Below are positions 49,994 to 59,635 of a DNA stretch of 64,000 nt, one piece after another. The translations under genes and the position numbers were made by a program. Numbering within the stretch: position 1 is the stretch's first letter; the number at the start of each line of letters is the position of its first letter. The notes below the pieces were generated by a model. It ran no database searches. It saw only the letters and a list, made by a program, of their open reading frames with translations, and was not told where the DNA came from. Source of the DNA: Candidatus Microgenomatus sp. (GTDB taxonomy: Bacteria > Patescibacteriota > Microgenomatia > UBA8517); NCBI GenBank assembly GCA_020724585.1, contig DYGS01000001.1, positions 66,893-130,892 of the forward strand, written 5' to 3'.

Positions 49994-51154
49994 TTACCAC
50001 CCTACCCATCCGAATTTATTTATCCACAAAACTCCCCAGAAGTTAACAAGGGCGCCAAAGAAAAGTAGGATCCAATGTATTTTTTTTGGCCCATTTCCTT
50101 TTGCAACTCCCTTTATTGTTAAATAAGTCAAAAATGGATAGAAATCGACGGCAAATCTGTATCCAAATTGAGCGAAACCTGTCCCGCCATGGGCTCCGAC
50201 AATTATAAATATCAAGAAAATTGAAAGCCATGATAGTTTTACAAAAAGTTCTTTAAAGTTGGCTTTCAGGGCAAAAATGAACGCGGGAGTTGTTAGCCAG
50301 ATGGCCATCCCCGCCCAAGATGGAATAATATATGGGAATGCACTTACTATTATTGGCAATTTTAAAAAGGCGACTTTTAAATCCTCAATAATGTAAGTTG
50401 GGTGCATGATTCCCTTGGCAAACCATGGTTCATTTTGGGTTCCGGGGATTAAAAAATATCCCTGGTTAAAAAGTGTTCCATAGCGACTGAAGTTATAGAA
50501 AAGGTCAAATCCAAAAAATATTGAAAAGATTGCTCCAAAGTAAATTACAGGCTTAAAGTTTTTAAAATGTTTCCAAATAACAAAAGCCGTGGCAGGAAAA
50601 ATTAAAATTAAATGAACTCGAGACAGGTAAGCGCAGCCTAGAAAAAAACCCAAAAGAAACGGTCTTTTTTTGCCCAGCAACTCATTTATCAAAAGAGTTA
50701 AAAATAATGCGGCAGTAATTTGTCCTAAATACCAAACTGAGCCAACACTTGATAAAAACCAAACAATACTGCCAACCCCAATCAAAAGCATGGACCAGGC
50801 AGCAAGTTTTAATTCGTTTTTAATTTTTAAGGACATACAGAAAGTAGAAAATGCCAGTAAAACGCCAATTAGATGAGCAAATATATGTTGCGGGAAAGAC
50901 AAACCCCAAATCGCAACGAATGGCAAAAGAAGTATTGCGGGCATTGGAGGGTTGACTATAAAAAATCTAAATTCATCAAGCGGAGCTTTTTCAATCCAAG
51001 GATAAATTCCCTCGACGAAAAAGTTTCCTTTTAAAAAAGCATCTGATAATAAAACAAAGTGATTATAGGGAGTTTCACCTCCTGAAGTAAAAAAATAAAT
51101 TATAAAAATACCGATTGATAATAAAATGCTTACCAGCCAAGTTCGATTGCCCAT
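49994..51154 (-). CDS. GT-C-like polytopic membrane protein (paralogue of the next gene)
   Basis: YNFSRYG, QFGYRFAVDF, VNFWGVLW shared with 51130-52296. Confidence 0.7.
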   Translation of the reverse strand: MGNRTWLVSILLSIGIFIIYFFTSGGETPYNHFVLLSDAFLKGNFFVEGIYPWIEKAPLDEFRFFIVNPPMPAILLLPFVAIWGLSFPQHIFAHLIGVLLAFSTFCMSLKIKNELKLAAWSMLLIGVGSIVWFLSSVGSVWYLGQITAALFLTLLINELLGKKRPFLLGFFLGCAYLSRVHLILIFPATAFVIWKHFKNFKPVIYFGAIFSIFFGFDLFYNFSRYGTLFNQGYFLIPGTQNEPWFAKGIMHPTYIIEDLKVAFLKLPIIVSAFPYIIPSWAGMAIWLTTPAFIFALKANFKELFVKLSWLSIFLIFIIVGAHGGTGFAQFGYRFAVDFYPFLTYLTIKGVAKGNGPKKIHWILLFFGALVNFWGVLWINKFGWVGW

Positions 51155-52296
51155 AATACCCCCCAAAAATTTACTATAACAGAAATTAAAATAAGAGTAA
51201 GATTTAAAACTGTTGGTTTAAAACGAATCGTCAAAATGATCATTAAAAAGACAATAAAATCCAAAACAAATCTGTATCCAAATTGAACCCAGCCTTGGGC
51301 ATAGTGCATAAAAACGGGAATTGCTGCAAAAATAGATCCTATGTATAGATTTAATTCCCTTTTATTTTTAAACTTAGGCAAAAGAGCAAGAAAGAGAAGC
51401 GGAGATGTGAATAAAACCCCCATTCCAAATGGAGATGGTCTTATTTGTCTGATTGTCCCATCGGAGATGGATATATCTGGAGGCATTGATAAAAAGGCGT
51501 AGAGATGAGACGGAATATTTCTGACATCAAAATAATTAAATTTTTGACCAACAGAATATTTTAGGTTTGAGTTTTTATATTGTTGATAGACTTTCTTGTA
51601 GCCGGTTTCAAAAACATCACCAAATCTTAAATAATTGTAACTGAAAAATATCGGGATGAAAATAAATGCTCCCATTAGAAAACTCAAAAACTTTTTTGGG
51701 GTTTTAAACAGTTCCAAAAGAAAAAATATTCCGGATAAAATTACAGACATTCTAGTTAATACGGCAAGGGCAAAAAATACCCCCGATAAAAAATATAGCT
51801 TTTTAAAATGAAAAAGAAGCGAAGTCGTCAGAAAAAAAACCAAAACTACATGAGCAAAAAACCAAGTTGTTCCCACAACTGCTGACCAAAAGAAACTCGT
51901 TCCAAATCCAAAAAAAAGAGACAAAAGTACCGAGTTTTTTTGTGAGGTAAAGTTGGTAAGCAATATATAAATAATTGCAATATTTATGCTCCCTAAAATT
52001 ATTGAAGCTTGCTGTTGGGTTACATTTCCATCGATAATTAAAAAAGGAAGCAGAGCAAATGATGCTCCGGGGGGAAATGGCACATAAATCTTGCCTTCAA
52101 ATTCTATTTTATCGTGGTAAAATTGTGGAAGGTTTGGCATGTCTACACGCATAACAAGAATTGATTTGGCCAGATGTAAATAGTGATCGTACCAGTTTCT
52201 AGGATCAGGATATATGTTTTTGTATATCAGCCAAGTTCCTACAAATAACAAAATTGGAATTAACACATGAGAAAATTTTTTAATAAGTTTATACAT
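51130..52296 (-). CDS. GT-C-like polytopic membrane protein
   Basis: YVPFPPG, YNYLRFG, QFGYRFVLDF, VNFWGVLW. Confidence 0.7.
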   Translation of the reverse strand: MYKLIKKFSHVLIPILLFVGTWLIYKNIYPDPRNWYDHYLHLAKSILVMRVDMPNLPQFYHDKIEFEGKIYVPFPPGASFALLPFLIIDGNVTQQQASIILGSINIAIIYILLTNFTSQKNSVLLSLFFGFGTSFFWSAVVGTTWFFAHVVLVFFLTTSLLFHFKKLYFLSGVFFALAVLTRMSVILSGIFFLLELFKTPKKFLSFLMGAFIFIPIFFSYNYLRFGDVFETGYKKVYQQYKNSNLKYSVGQKFNYFDVRNIPSHLYAFLSMPPDISISDGTIRQIRPSPFGMGVLFTSPLLFLALLPKFKNKRELNLYIGSIFAAIPVFMHYAQGWVQFGYRFVLDFIVFLMIILTIRFKPTVLNLTLILISVIVNFWGVLWAIELGW

Positions 52297-54678
52297 AAAC
52301 TTGATTTTAACATTTTTTATCTGTTGTTTTCGGCTCTAATTTTTAGACTTTTTATTGCCAATTTTGGCATACTTGATCTTGATCAAGGCACTTTCATTGC
52401 CTGGGCGAAAAATCTATCAGAGAATGGTTTTGGGACCTTTTACGATTCTTGGTCGGATTATTTTCCTGGGTATTTGTATGTTTTATATTTGTTGGGTAAG
52501 ATTAACTCGATACTGCCCGAGCTTCAAACGATTTTATTTAAGTTGCCGGCAATTTTTGCCGATCTAATAACTGGTTATTTAATTTACAAGGTAATCTTGA
52601 ATATCGGAAAAGAAAAAACCGCTATTATTGTTTCTAGTCTTTATCTTTTTAATCCTGCAGTTTTTGCCAACTCATCTCTTTGGGGGCAAGTTGATAGTTT
52701 AACAGCTCTGTTTTCTGTTTTGTCTTTGTTTGTTTTTTCTAAATCATATCTTCTATCTTCTATCTTTTTGTCCGTGGGGACATTAATAAAGCCTCAGGCG
52801 GCTTTTGTCCTGCCTGCATTTTTTTACCTAATGTCTAAAAATAAATTTAATTTCAAAAAATTTTTAACATTTGGCCTTTCAGCATTTAGCATTTTTATTT
52901 TTGGTTTCTTACCTTTTAATAATAGACCTAACTTTTTAGAGTTTATTTTAGAGAGATTTTCGGTTTCGTCGGGCCAATATCCCTACGGATCCGTTAACGC
53001 TTTTTCATTTTGGGGTTTTTTTGGGTTTTGGAAGCCCGACAATTTTATTTTATGGATAGGACTTACTATTTCACTTATTTTAATCATTCTAATTACGATA
53101 ATTATTCTTAAAAAGAAAACAATAAATGGGGAATATCTAATTTCCGGCTTCTCATTTTTAGTAACCTTCCTATTTATGACTAGAATGCATGAAAGACATC
53201 TTCTTCCCTCTCTTGCTCCTCTTTTAATTTACGCATCGACAAATTCATTGGCACTAATTTCTTATTTTCTTCTCTCGCTAACTTATTTGGCAAATTTGTC
53301 TTATGCCTATCAATGGATAACATATAACTTTAAAGAAATATTTAATTTAACTATGATTAGAATTTTTATAGCTGTAAATATTTCCACTTTAGTTTTAATG
53401 ATTATCTCTTTGTTTAAAAATATAAAAATAAAATTTGTTAAATTTGCCAAGGGAGATATACAAAACTTTTCTTTCAAAACAAAAGATGTTTCAAAGAAAA
53501 AAGCCATGCTTCTTTTAAGTGCAGTATTTTTATTTGGATTTTTAACGAGATTTTATGGACTAAATAAGCCCGAGAATATGTATTTTGATGAGGTTTATCA
53601 TGCGTTTACAGCAAAACTAGTTTATCAAAATGATCCCAAGGCTTGGGAGTGGTGGAATCCGCATCCCGAAGGTTTTGCTTACGAGTGGACACACCCCCCG
53701 CTTTCCAAATTGGGAATGGCACTAGGTATGATTATTTTTGGTAATAATTCTTTTGGCTGGAGGGCCCCACAAGCGATATTAGGGTCTCTTTGTGTTTTGT
53801 TAATTTATTTTTTGGTTAAAGAAATATTTAAGGATAGATTAACTGCTATTTTGGCATCATTAGTTTTTACACTTGAAGGATTGCCGTTGGTATTAAGTCG
53901 AATGGGAATGAATGATATCTATTTATTATTTTTCTTAATTTTGTCATTTTTACTTTTCTTAAAAGACAAAAGCTTTTTCTCCGCTTTAGCTTTCGGATTA
54001 GCTTTATCTTCAAAATGGAGCGCAATTTACGCAATTCCAGTGTTTATAGTTTCCTTCTTTGTCTTTAAAAAGAAATTTAGAGTCTCATATTTATCTTTTT
54101 TGGTAATTCCGATCCTTATTTATATTTCAAGCTATTTTTTAATGTTTAAGACAGGACATAGTTGGGATCAATTTATTGAGGTACAAAAACAGATGTGGTG
54201 GTACCACACCAATTTGGATGCGGATCATCCGTACACATCGCCAGCCTGGACCTGGCCGCTTAATATTAGACCTGTTTATTTATATGATGGACAAGTTGAT
54301 GGTAACGGAAAAGTTGCAAGAATATATGCTTTTGGAAATCCCACTGTTTTATGGTTTGGGTTATTTTCAATAATTCTATCAATTTTTATATCCAAAAAAG
54401 AAAAGAATAAAAAACTTGGATTTTTAATTTTTTCCTATTTAATTTTTTTCCTTCCGTGGCTTGCGAGTCCTAGAATTATGTTTTTCTACCACTATTTACC
54501 ATCAATTCCGTTTTTGGCAATTATCGCGGGGTATATTTTGAGGCGACTTGAAAAGATTAGATTTATCTTTTTAGCATTAGCCTTTATAACATTTATTTAC
54601 TTTTACCCACATTGGACGGGGGTTAGGATTCCAATTAAGCTTGACGAAAGTTACTACTGGTTTTCCTCGTGGCGCTGA
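52267..54678 (+). CDS. Two-domain GT-C protein: N-terminal mannosyltransferase-like domain plus C-terminal protein O-mannosyltransferase (PMT)
   Basis: DYFPGY, WGQVDS, MHERHL; then YFDEVYH, HPPLSK, FGWR, HPYTSPAWTWPL, FFYHYLP. Confidence 0.85.
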   Translation: MRKFFNKFIHKLDFNIFYLLFSALIFRLFIANFGILDLDQGTFIAWAKNLSENGFGTFYDSWSDYFPGYLYVLYLLGKINSILPELQTILFKLPAIFADLITGYLIYKVILNIGKEKTAIIVSSLYLFNPAVFANSSLWGQVDSLTALFSVLSLFVFSKSYLLSSIFLSVGTLIKPQAAFVLPAFFYLMSKNKFNFKKFLTFGLSAFSIFIFGFLPFNNRPNFLEFILERFSVSSGQYPYGSVNAFSFWGFFGFWKPDNFILWIGLTISLILIILITIIILKKKTINGEYLISGFSFLVTFLFMTRMHERHLLPSLAPLLIYASTNSLALISYFLLSLTYLANLSYAYQWITYNFKEIFNLTMIRIFIAVNISTLVLMIISLFKNIKIKFVKFAKGDIQNFSFKTKDVSKKKAMLLLSAVFLFGFLTRFYGLNKPENMYFDEVYHAFTAKLVYQNDPKAWEWWNPHPEGFAYEWTHPPLSKLGMALGMIIFGNNSFGWRAPQAILGSLCVLLIYFLVKEIFKDRLTAILASLVFTLEGLPLVLSRMGMNDIYLLFFLILSFLLFLKDKSFFSALAFGLALSSKWSAIYAIPVFIVSFFVFKKKFRVSYLSFLVIPILIYISSYFLMFKTGHSWDQFIEVQKQMWWYHTNLDADHPYTSPAWTWPLNIRPVYLYDGQVDGNGKVARIYAFGNPTVLWFGLFSIILSIFISKKEKNKKLGFLIFSYLIFFLPWLASPRIMFFYHYLPSIPFLAIIAGYILRRLEKIRFIFLALAFITFIYFYPHWTGVRIPIKLDESYYWFSSWR

Positions 54679-54701
54679 GACATAAAACACATGAAGGGTA
54701 T

Positions 54702-55295
54702 CTAGAGCGCGAGCAGTAATGACCCGATTATTATAAGTATTCCAAATCCCGCCCCCAATATTGTGGGCCATTTGGTTCCGACCTCAGGTAATGGTGGCGA
54801 TGTTGGGGTGGCAGTTGAGGTCGGGGTAGCGGTTGAACAGATGCAGTCTGAATCTGTCAAGCATTGTGTGTTTCTGCAGTTTCCTGTGGTTGCCCCGCTT
54901 GGAATATAACAAATTAGGTTAGACGGGCATTGGCTGTTTGATGTACAGCTATAGTTGCATTGTGGTGGCGATGTTGGGGTGGCAGTTGAGGTGGGCGTTG
55001 ATGTCGGTGTTCCTGATCCTGTAGATGTCGGTGTCGGTGAACCCGTCCCGGTTGGAGTCGATGTACTCGTTGCTGTTGGAGTTGGTGTAGCGGTAGATAA
55101 AGATAAGCTAAACGACAGAGAACATAAATTTGGGGAGGGAGTTTGGGTTGCGTCTGCCCTTGGCCTACTTGATGGAACATTTGGAGCAACTGTCTGTTGC
55201 CTTGTTTGATAGAGCTTCATGGCGGTAAAGATTGCAACGCCCGCCAAAACGAGTGTTGTTAATATTATTCCAACAACTGTTAATTTGTTTTTCAT
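54702..55295 (-). CDS. Thr/Pro-rich surface protein with an 8-Cys module and an LPxTG-like (LPEVG) C-terminal anchor
   Basis: N-terminal TM helix, TPT repeats, CNYSC..C..C..CRN..C..CIC, LPEVG plus hydrophobic tail. Confidence 0.8.
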   Translation of the reverse strand: MKNKLTVVGIILTTLVLAGVAIFTAMKLYQTRQQTVAPNVPSSRPRADATQTPSPNLCSLSFSLSLSTATPTPTATSTSTPTGTGSPTPTSTGSGTPTSTPTSTATPTSPPQCNYSCTSNSQCPSNLICYIPSGATTGNCRNTQCLTDSDCICSTATPTSTATPTSPPLPEVGTKWPTILGAGFGILIIIGSLLLAL

Positions 55296-55310
55296 ATATT
55301 TTTTAAAAAA

Positions 55311-56585
55311 TTATTTCCAACCCAATGTTGCATGATGAATTTGGGCTGAGACATTAAATGTTGTAACACCACTTGGTATTACATAACTTTGACAAAAGTC
55401 AGAACTTCCAGGTCTCACAGTTGTCGTTTCAGCTTGTAATGCTCCATTTATTGTAAATCTTGCTTTGTTAAATGATCCACTTGATGCCGACCCTACCACA
55501 CAGAAGTTAACAGAATCACCCGCTTCAAGCTGAGAAAGCTGCGTGCTTGTTAGCGGTGACCAAGTCGTGTTGTATGCTTTAACATTTTGACATTGTGCGC
55601 TGGGCCCGCCCGGTGGAGGCGTCTCCTCCCCCTCCCCACACCCACAAGTACTCTCTTGTGACATATGGCTACCATCTGATGCGTCTATTTGAATTATTCC
55701 ACAAAAGCAGGTTGGTATCGAATTCAATGTCTTGTACCCTTGAGTACTACTATCACATCTCTCTCCAGCCGCTTCATATTGGGCGCGTGTACAACTATAA
55801 ATTACCGCGGCTTGGTACCCAAACTCTCCCGGGTTTGGACATCTATATCCAGAAGCACAAGTATTACAGCTTATCCTTACATCTGGCCCGTTCGTCCCAT
55901 CGCTACATCCCAGGGTGATTGTTTCTACTAGTCCATTCTCAATTGCGGTTCTAACACATGTTTTATTCTGAGGAGTACAGAATCCACCAACATTCTGACC
56001 ATTGGAATCTGTTATTTGATCACACCAGAATCCTCCCCCAGATTGACACTCGTTACTATTGTCCGCATTATTAATATTTGTATTCGATTGTGGGGTTACT
56101 ATGGGATTTGGAGGACTTAATGGATCGTCTTGATAATCTGGTCTGGTGCATATTCCATAAACTCTACATTCGCATACACGATAACCGCTTTCTTCCCGAC
56201 ATTCATCAAAGGCATCTGCCTTTTCCCTAATATCTTGATTTTGTTGAACTAAATAAACTCCTGCCCCTACTCCACCAACAAGTAAAAATAGTCCAAGTAT
56301 GGTTGCAATAACCCTCCCCCCTGCAAATTTTTTCTTTGGTGTTGATCCTGTTACTACAACAGGACTGTCTGCATCTGTATTTTTAATATCATCAGTTGGG
56401 AAAGCTGATCCACTGGAAGTTGGGTTTGTTGCAGGGGATGTATTTGATGTGTCCGATTGTGTGGGCACATCGCTAGGCGAAGTTTGAGCCCCGCTTAGCG
56501 GGGGCATAGGTGGGAGTGTATCTTCTGATACTAATACAGGAGGGTTTTGGCTACTGTCTTGTGTTTTTTTGTCGTCAGTCGGCAT
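55311..56585 (-). CDS. Cys-rich membrane-anchored surface protein
   Basis: Disordered N-terminus, TM helix, QQNQDIREKA, many Cys, Ig-like C-terminus. Confidence 0.75.
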   Translation of the reverse strand: MPTDDKKTQDSSQNPPVLVSEDTLPPMPPLSGAQTSPSDVPTQSDTSNTSPATNPTSSGSAFPTDDIKNTDADSPVVVTGSTPKKKFAGGRVIATILGLFLLVGGVGAGVYLVQQNQDIREKADAFDECREESGYRVCECRVYGICTRPDYQDDPLSPPNPIVTPQSNTNINNADNSNECQSGGGFWCDQITDSNGQNVGGFCTPQNKTCVRTAIENGLVETITLGCSDGTNGPDVRISCNTCASGYRCPNPGEFGYQAAVIYSCTRAQYEAAGERCDSSTQGYKTLNSIPTCFCGIIQIDASDGSHMSQESTCGCGEGEETPPPGGPSAQCQNVKAYNTTWSPLTSTQLSQLEAGDSVNFCVVGSASSGSFNKARFTINGALQAETTTVRPGSSDFCQSYVIPSGVTTFNVSAQIHHATLGWK

Positions 56586-57915
56586 GTTCTTTTTTAAATA
56601 ACAATGTACTACCAAAAAGTAGTGATATACCCATTATGAATAAGCCAAGAGTTGCTGTCAAGTTCCCTGTTTCTGGAGTTGGAGCGAGTGTGGCCGATGC
56701 TGTTGATGCTTTTGCGGTTGGTGTTGAGGACGATTTGCCTGTTGAAGTAGCGGTTGGGGTTACAGAATTACTTGGTGTTGCAGAAGGACTTGGACTGAGC
56801 GAAGCTGAAGGCGTTGATTCAAAAGCGGGCCCTTCCGCTGCCTGGACAATGAAAGTTCTTGTGATGGTACGCAATATTCCTTGTGCATCCCTCCATTTTA
56901 TGGTTAACTTATGCTCTCCAGGACTAAGGTTTTTGGGCGGACTCCAGCTCCAACGACCGTTCGTGTTTGGAGTGACTGTTGCGGATTGATACTCAGATTC
57001 GACTGAAATTTCAATCTCAATTCCTGTTGGGGCGCTTCCAAAAAACTCTGGATCTGTTGTTGTTATAATTTCTCCATCATCAATAGATTCAATCGAGACA
57101 GTGGTTGTTTGGCTACCGCCTTCAGTTTTTGAAATTTCAAATCTTGATGATCTTTCGATTTCTTCTGGGATTGAGAGAGAGCTTTCTGGTAAGCTGCCAG
57201 ATTCCTCGGTAGACAAAGTTCTGAAATCATATGTTCTACCCAAAACCATTGTCGGTATGGCCTTTAATCCCGTGGGGTAAATAACTGCAGAGGCTGATCC
57301 GTTTACGCCTGCGTCCACAGATAGATTTATGGCGGTATTTTCGGCAATACTCTCGATATAATTTGATATTGGGATGATGAAATTACCCTCCCGAGAGGTG
57401 ATGCCGGAAAGCACAATACCGTTAATTGTCAGATAGACAATTGCTTCTGCTGGGGTAGATCCGTTTGAAGAAATGATTGCGCCGGAGGCTACGATGTTGT
57501 TTTTTGATTTTATCTCTTGCGCTAAGGTTTTAGCCTTCCAGGGTGCATTGTTGTTGTCAAAATCTTCTCCATTGGAATTGATTTTAAAATAAATATCTGA
57601 TCCTGGATCTATCCCTAAAACATTTACGAAATGAATAAACGATTCGTTATTGCCGCTGTTTCCCAGAGACACTTTTGTTATAGTGGTCTGGCTATTTCCC
57701 CATTTAACAAAGCCCTTGGTTGGGATATCTGTAGTCCACGAAACTGTCAAAGATGTATTTGAAATATTTGTAATACGGACATTTTTCGGTGAGGCTTCAA
57801 TTGTAGCTCCGAGTTTAAAGTTTTGTCTCGAATTGATAAGCAAAACTCCGGCAAACACACCAAATATCAACACAAATAATCCGAGGATGGTGGGAATGAC
57901 AAACTTATTCTTCAT
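56575..57915 (-). CDS. Fn3/Ig-like surface protein with Ser/Thr/Pro linker and PETG anchor
   Basis: VRITNIS..LTVSWTT, GRWSWSPP..LSPGEHKL, TPETG + TM + KK. Confidence 0.78.
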   Translation of the reverse strand: MKNKFVIPTILGLFVLIFGVFAGVLLINSRQNFKLGATIEASPKNVRITNISNTSLTVSWTTDIPTKGFVKWGNSQTTITKVSLGNSGNNESFIHFVNVLGIDPGSDIYFKINSNGEDFDNNNAPWKAKTLAQEIKSKNNIVASGAIISSNGSTPAEAIVYLTINGIVLSGITSREGNFIIPISNYIESIAENTAINLSVDAGVNGSASAVIYPTGLKAIPTMVLGRTYDFRTLSTEESGSLPESSLSIPEEIERSSRFEISKTEGGSQTTTVSIESIDDGEIITTTDPEFFGSAPTGIEIEISVESEYQSATVTPNTNGRWSWSPPKNLSPGEHKLTIKWRDAQGILRTITRTFIVQAAEGPAFESTPSASLSPSPSATPSNSVTPTATSTGKSSSTPTAKASTASATLAPTPETGNLTATLGLFIMGISLLFGSTLLFKKEHAD

Positions 57916-58117
57916 AGTAGTTTCTCGATTTAATCTGATTAACTGTTTCACTATCTAGTTTTGGGTTGACATCCTCCAATAGTTCATTTGGCAATTCTAT
58001 ATTTGGGGGCTTGCTGACGGCGGAATAAATACTAAATACCACCCAAAACACTATTGTGATAGATGTTAATATTAACAAAATAATCAGGTTTGGCAATCTA
58101 GTTTTATTGGTTTTCAT
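57905..58117 (-). CDS. Small membrane protein at the PilP position
   Basis: Single TM helix; coupled to pilO. Confidence 0.55.
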   Translation of the reverse strand: MKTNKTRLPNLIILLILTSITIVFWVVFSIYSAVSKPPNIELPNELLEDVNPKLDSETVNQIKSRNYYEE

Positions 58118-58763
58118 GGTTATTGATATATGGTGATCTGCCTGAAATTGTTAACACAAGCGTTCGGTTTTGGTCACTAATACTTACATTGACAATCATA
58201 CCATCCGTTTTTATAGGTATCCTCAAATTTTCAAGTCCCATTAAAAACCCCACAATTCCCTGATAACTTCCTGATACAGAAATTGAAAAAGGAACCTCCT
58301 GGGCACCTCCTGTATTTTGTCCCGGTTTTGACTTTTTGATTTGAGGCTTTCCGACGAGAGAGACATCAGAAACTGATATTCCGAGGATTTTTAAACTATT
58401 AAGAGTGGCAAGGGACTCAAATTGTTTTATCAAACTATCTGGTTTTGGGTCGGACGGAACGGCTTGAGAAATATAACTCATATCTGCCGCGAGTTTCTGT
58501 ATTTCTGAACTTGCTGTTTGCAAGTTTCTCAATTTTTTATTTAGTTTCTCTAGTGTGGTTTCTTTGGCCTCTATTTGTTTGAAGACATCGATTATTGTCA
58601 AAGCTGTTGGTTTTATGGCAAATAAGGAAAAGATGATGATTGTGGTGATTGAAAGCATTAGCTCCAAATAGATTTTGAGATTAGGCTTAGAATTATAGAT
58701 TCTTAAGATATTCAAAAAGAAACTTTTATATCTAAAATAGTTTTCTTTCCAACTTTGCCTCAC
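58104..58763 (-). CDS. pilO: Type IV pilus assembly protein PilO-like
   Basis: TM + coiled coil + AVP..P; SVSGSYQGIVGFL..LENLR. Confidence 0.75.
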   Translation of the reverse strand: MRQSWKENYFRYKSFFLNILRIYNSKPNLKIYLELMLSITTIIIFSLFAIKPTALTIIDVFKQIEAKETTLEKLNKKLRNLQTASSEIQKLAADMSYISQAVPSDPKPDSLIKQFESLATLNSLKILGISVSDVSLVGKPQIKKSKPGQNTGGAQEVPFSISVSGSYQGIVGFLMGLENLRIPIKTDGMIVNVSISDQNRTLVLTISGRSPYINNHENQ

Positions 58764-59305
58764 AAAGACCTTCCTCCTTTCACTGTAAATAAAGTAACAA
58801 GCGGATTATCAGCGCTCGAAGATACCTGTGTAAGTATTGGACTTGTCAGCAATTTACCGTTTTCAATGTTTACCAAAAACTGTGCAATTGATTGTTCGTT
58901 TGATGAATAGGCCTTAATTTGTACGCCGTCGTCTCCTATTGAAAAACTACTCAGAAAGACATCTGAAGGCATGACTGCTGCCAATTTATTCAAAAAGTCA
59001 CTCTCCTTTGGGAGGATGTAAAAGCTTTTGGTTACGCTTAATTTTTTTTGCAGGAGTCTAAATTCATCTTCAACCTTTTTATATGCATTTACCTGAGCCG
59101 AAGCTATTTTAACCTGTTCCCCAAGATCAGAATTCTTGGCGTCTAACCAGAACCTAGACAAAAATGCGGACATTACAATAAGCTCTGTAACAATAACTAA
59201 AGCTCTGAAAGTAGACAATGCCCATTTCAAAACCCTACCAAAAGAGGAGCTTTCAAAGTCGTCTCTAGGTAATAAGTTTATTTGTCGATTCCTTTTAGTG
59301 GGCAT
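58760..59305 (-). CDS. pilN: Type IV pilus assembly protein PilN-like
   Basis: INLLP motif, TM helix, MPSDVFL, IAQFLVNIE. Confidence 0.8.
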   Translation of the reverse strand: MPTKRNRQINLLPRDDFESSSFGRVLKWALSTFRALVIVTELIVMSAFLSRFWLDAKNSDLGEQVKIASAQVNAYKKVEDEFRLLQKKLSVTKSFYILPKESDFLNKLAAVMPSDVFLSSFSIGDDGVQIKAYSSNEQSIAQFLVNIENGKLLTSPILTQVSSSADNPLVTLFTVKGGRSL

Positions 59306-59345
59306 GAACTAAATATAGCATATGAAAACCAGTCTAAGAAGAAGC

Positions 59346-59591
59346 TTATTTTTTAATGCTAGTTAGTTTAGAAGTTAGTTTAGATTTTATTCTTCCGGCT
59401 TTATTTTTGTGAATAATATCCCTTCTTGCGGCTCGATCGGACAGACTTATTGCTTCCAAAATGTCCTTTTTAGTTTTCGTTTTTTTTGCCTTTTTCAGGG
59501 CAATATCAAGCCTTGAGAGAATGATTTTATTTACATTCTCTTTTCTTTTGGAACTTCGCAAGGCTCTTTTTGCTGTTTTGGTTACCGGCAT
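59346..59591 (-). CDS. rpsT: 30S ribosomal protein S20
   Basis: MPVTKTAKRALR, DRAARRDIIHKNKAGRIKS. Confidence 0.95.
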   Translation of the reverse strand: MPVTKTAKRALRSSKRKENVNKIILSRLDIALKKAKKTKTKKDILEAISLSDRAARRDIIHKNKAGRIKSKLTSKLTSIKK

Positions 59592-59635
59592 AATAATAGT
59601 TGTGAGTATAAGACAAAGCGTTTAAAATATCAATC

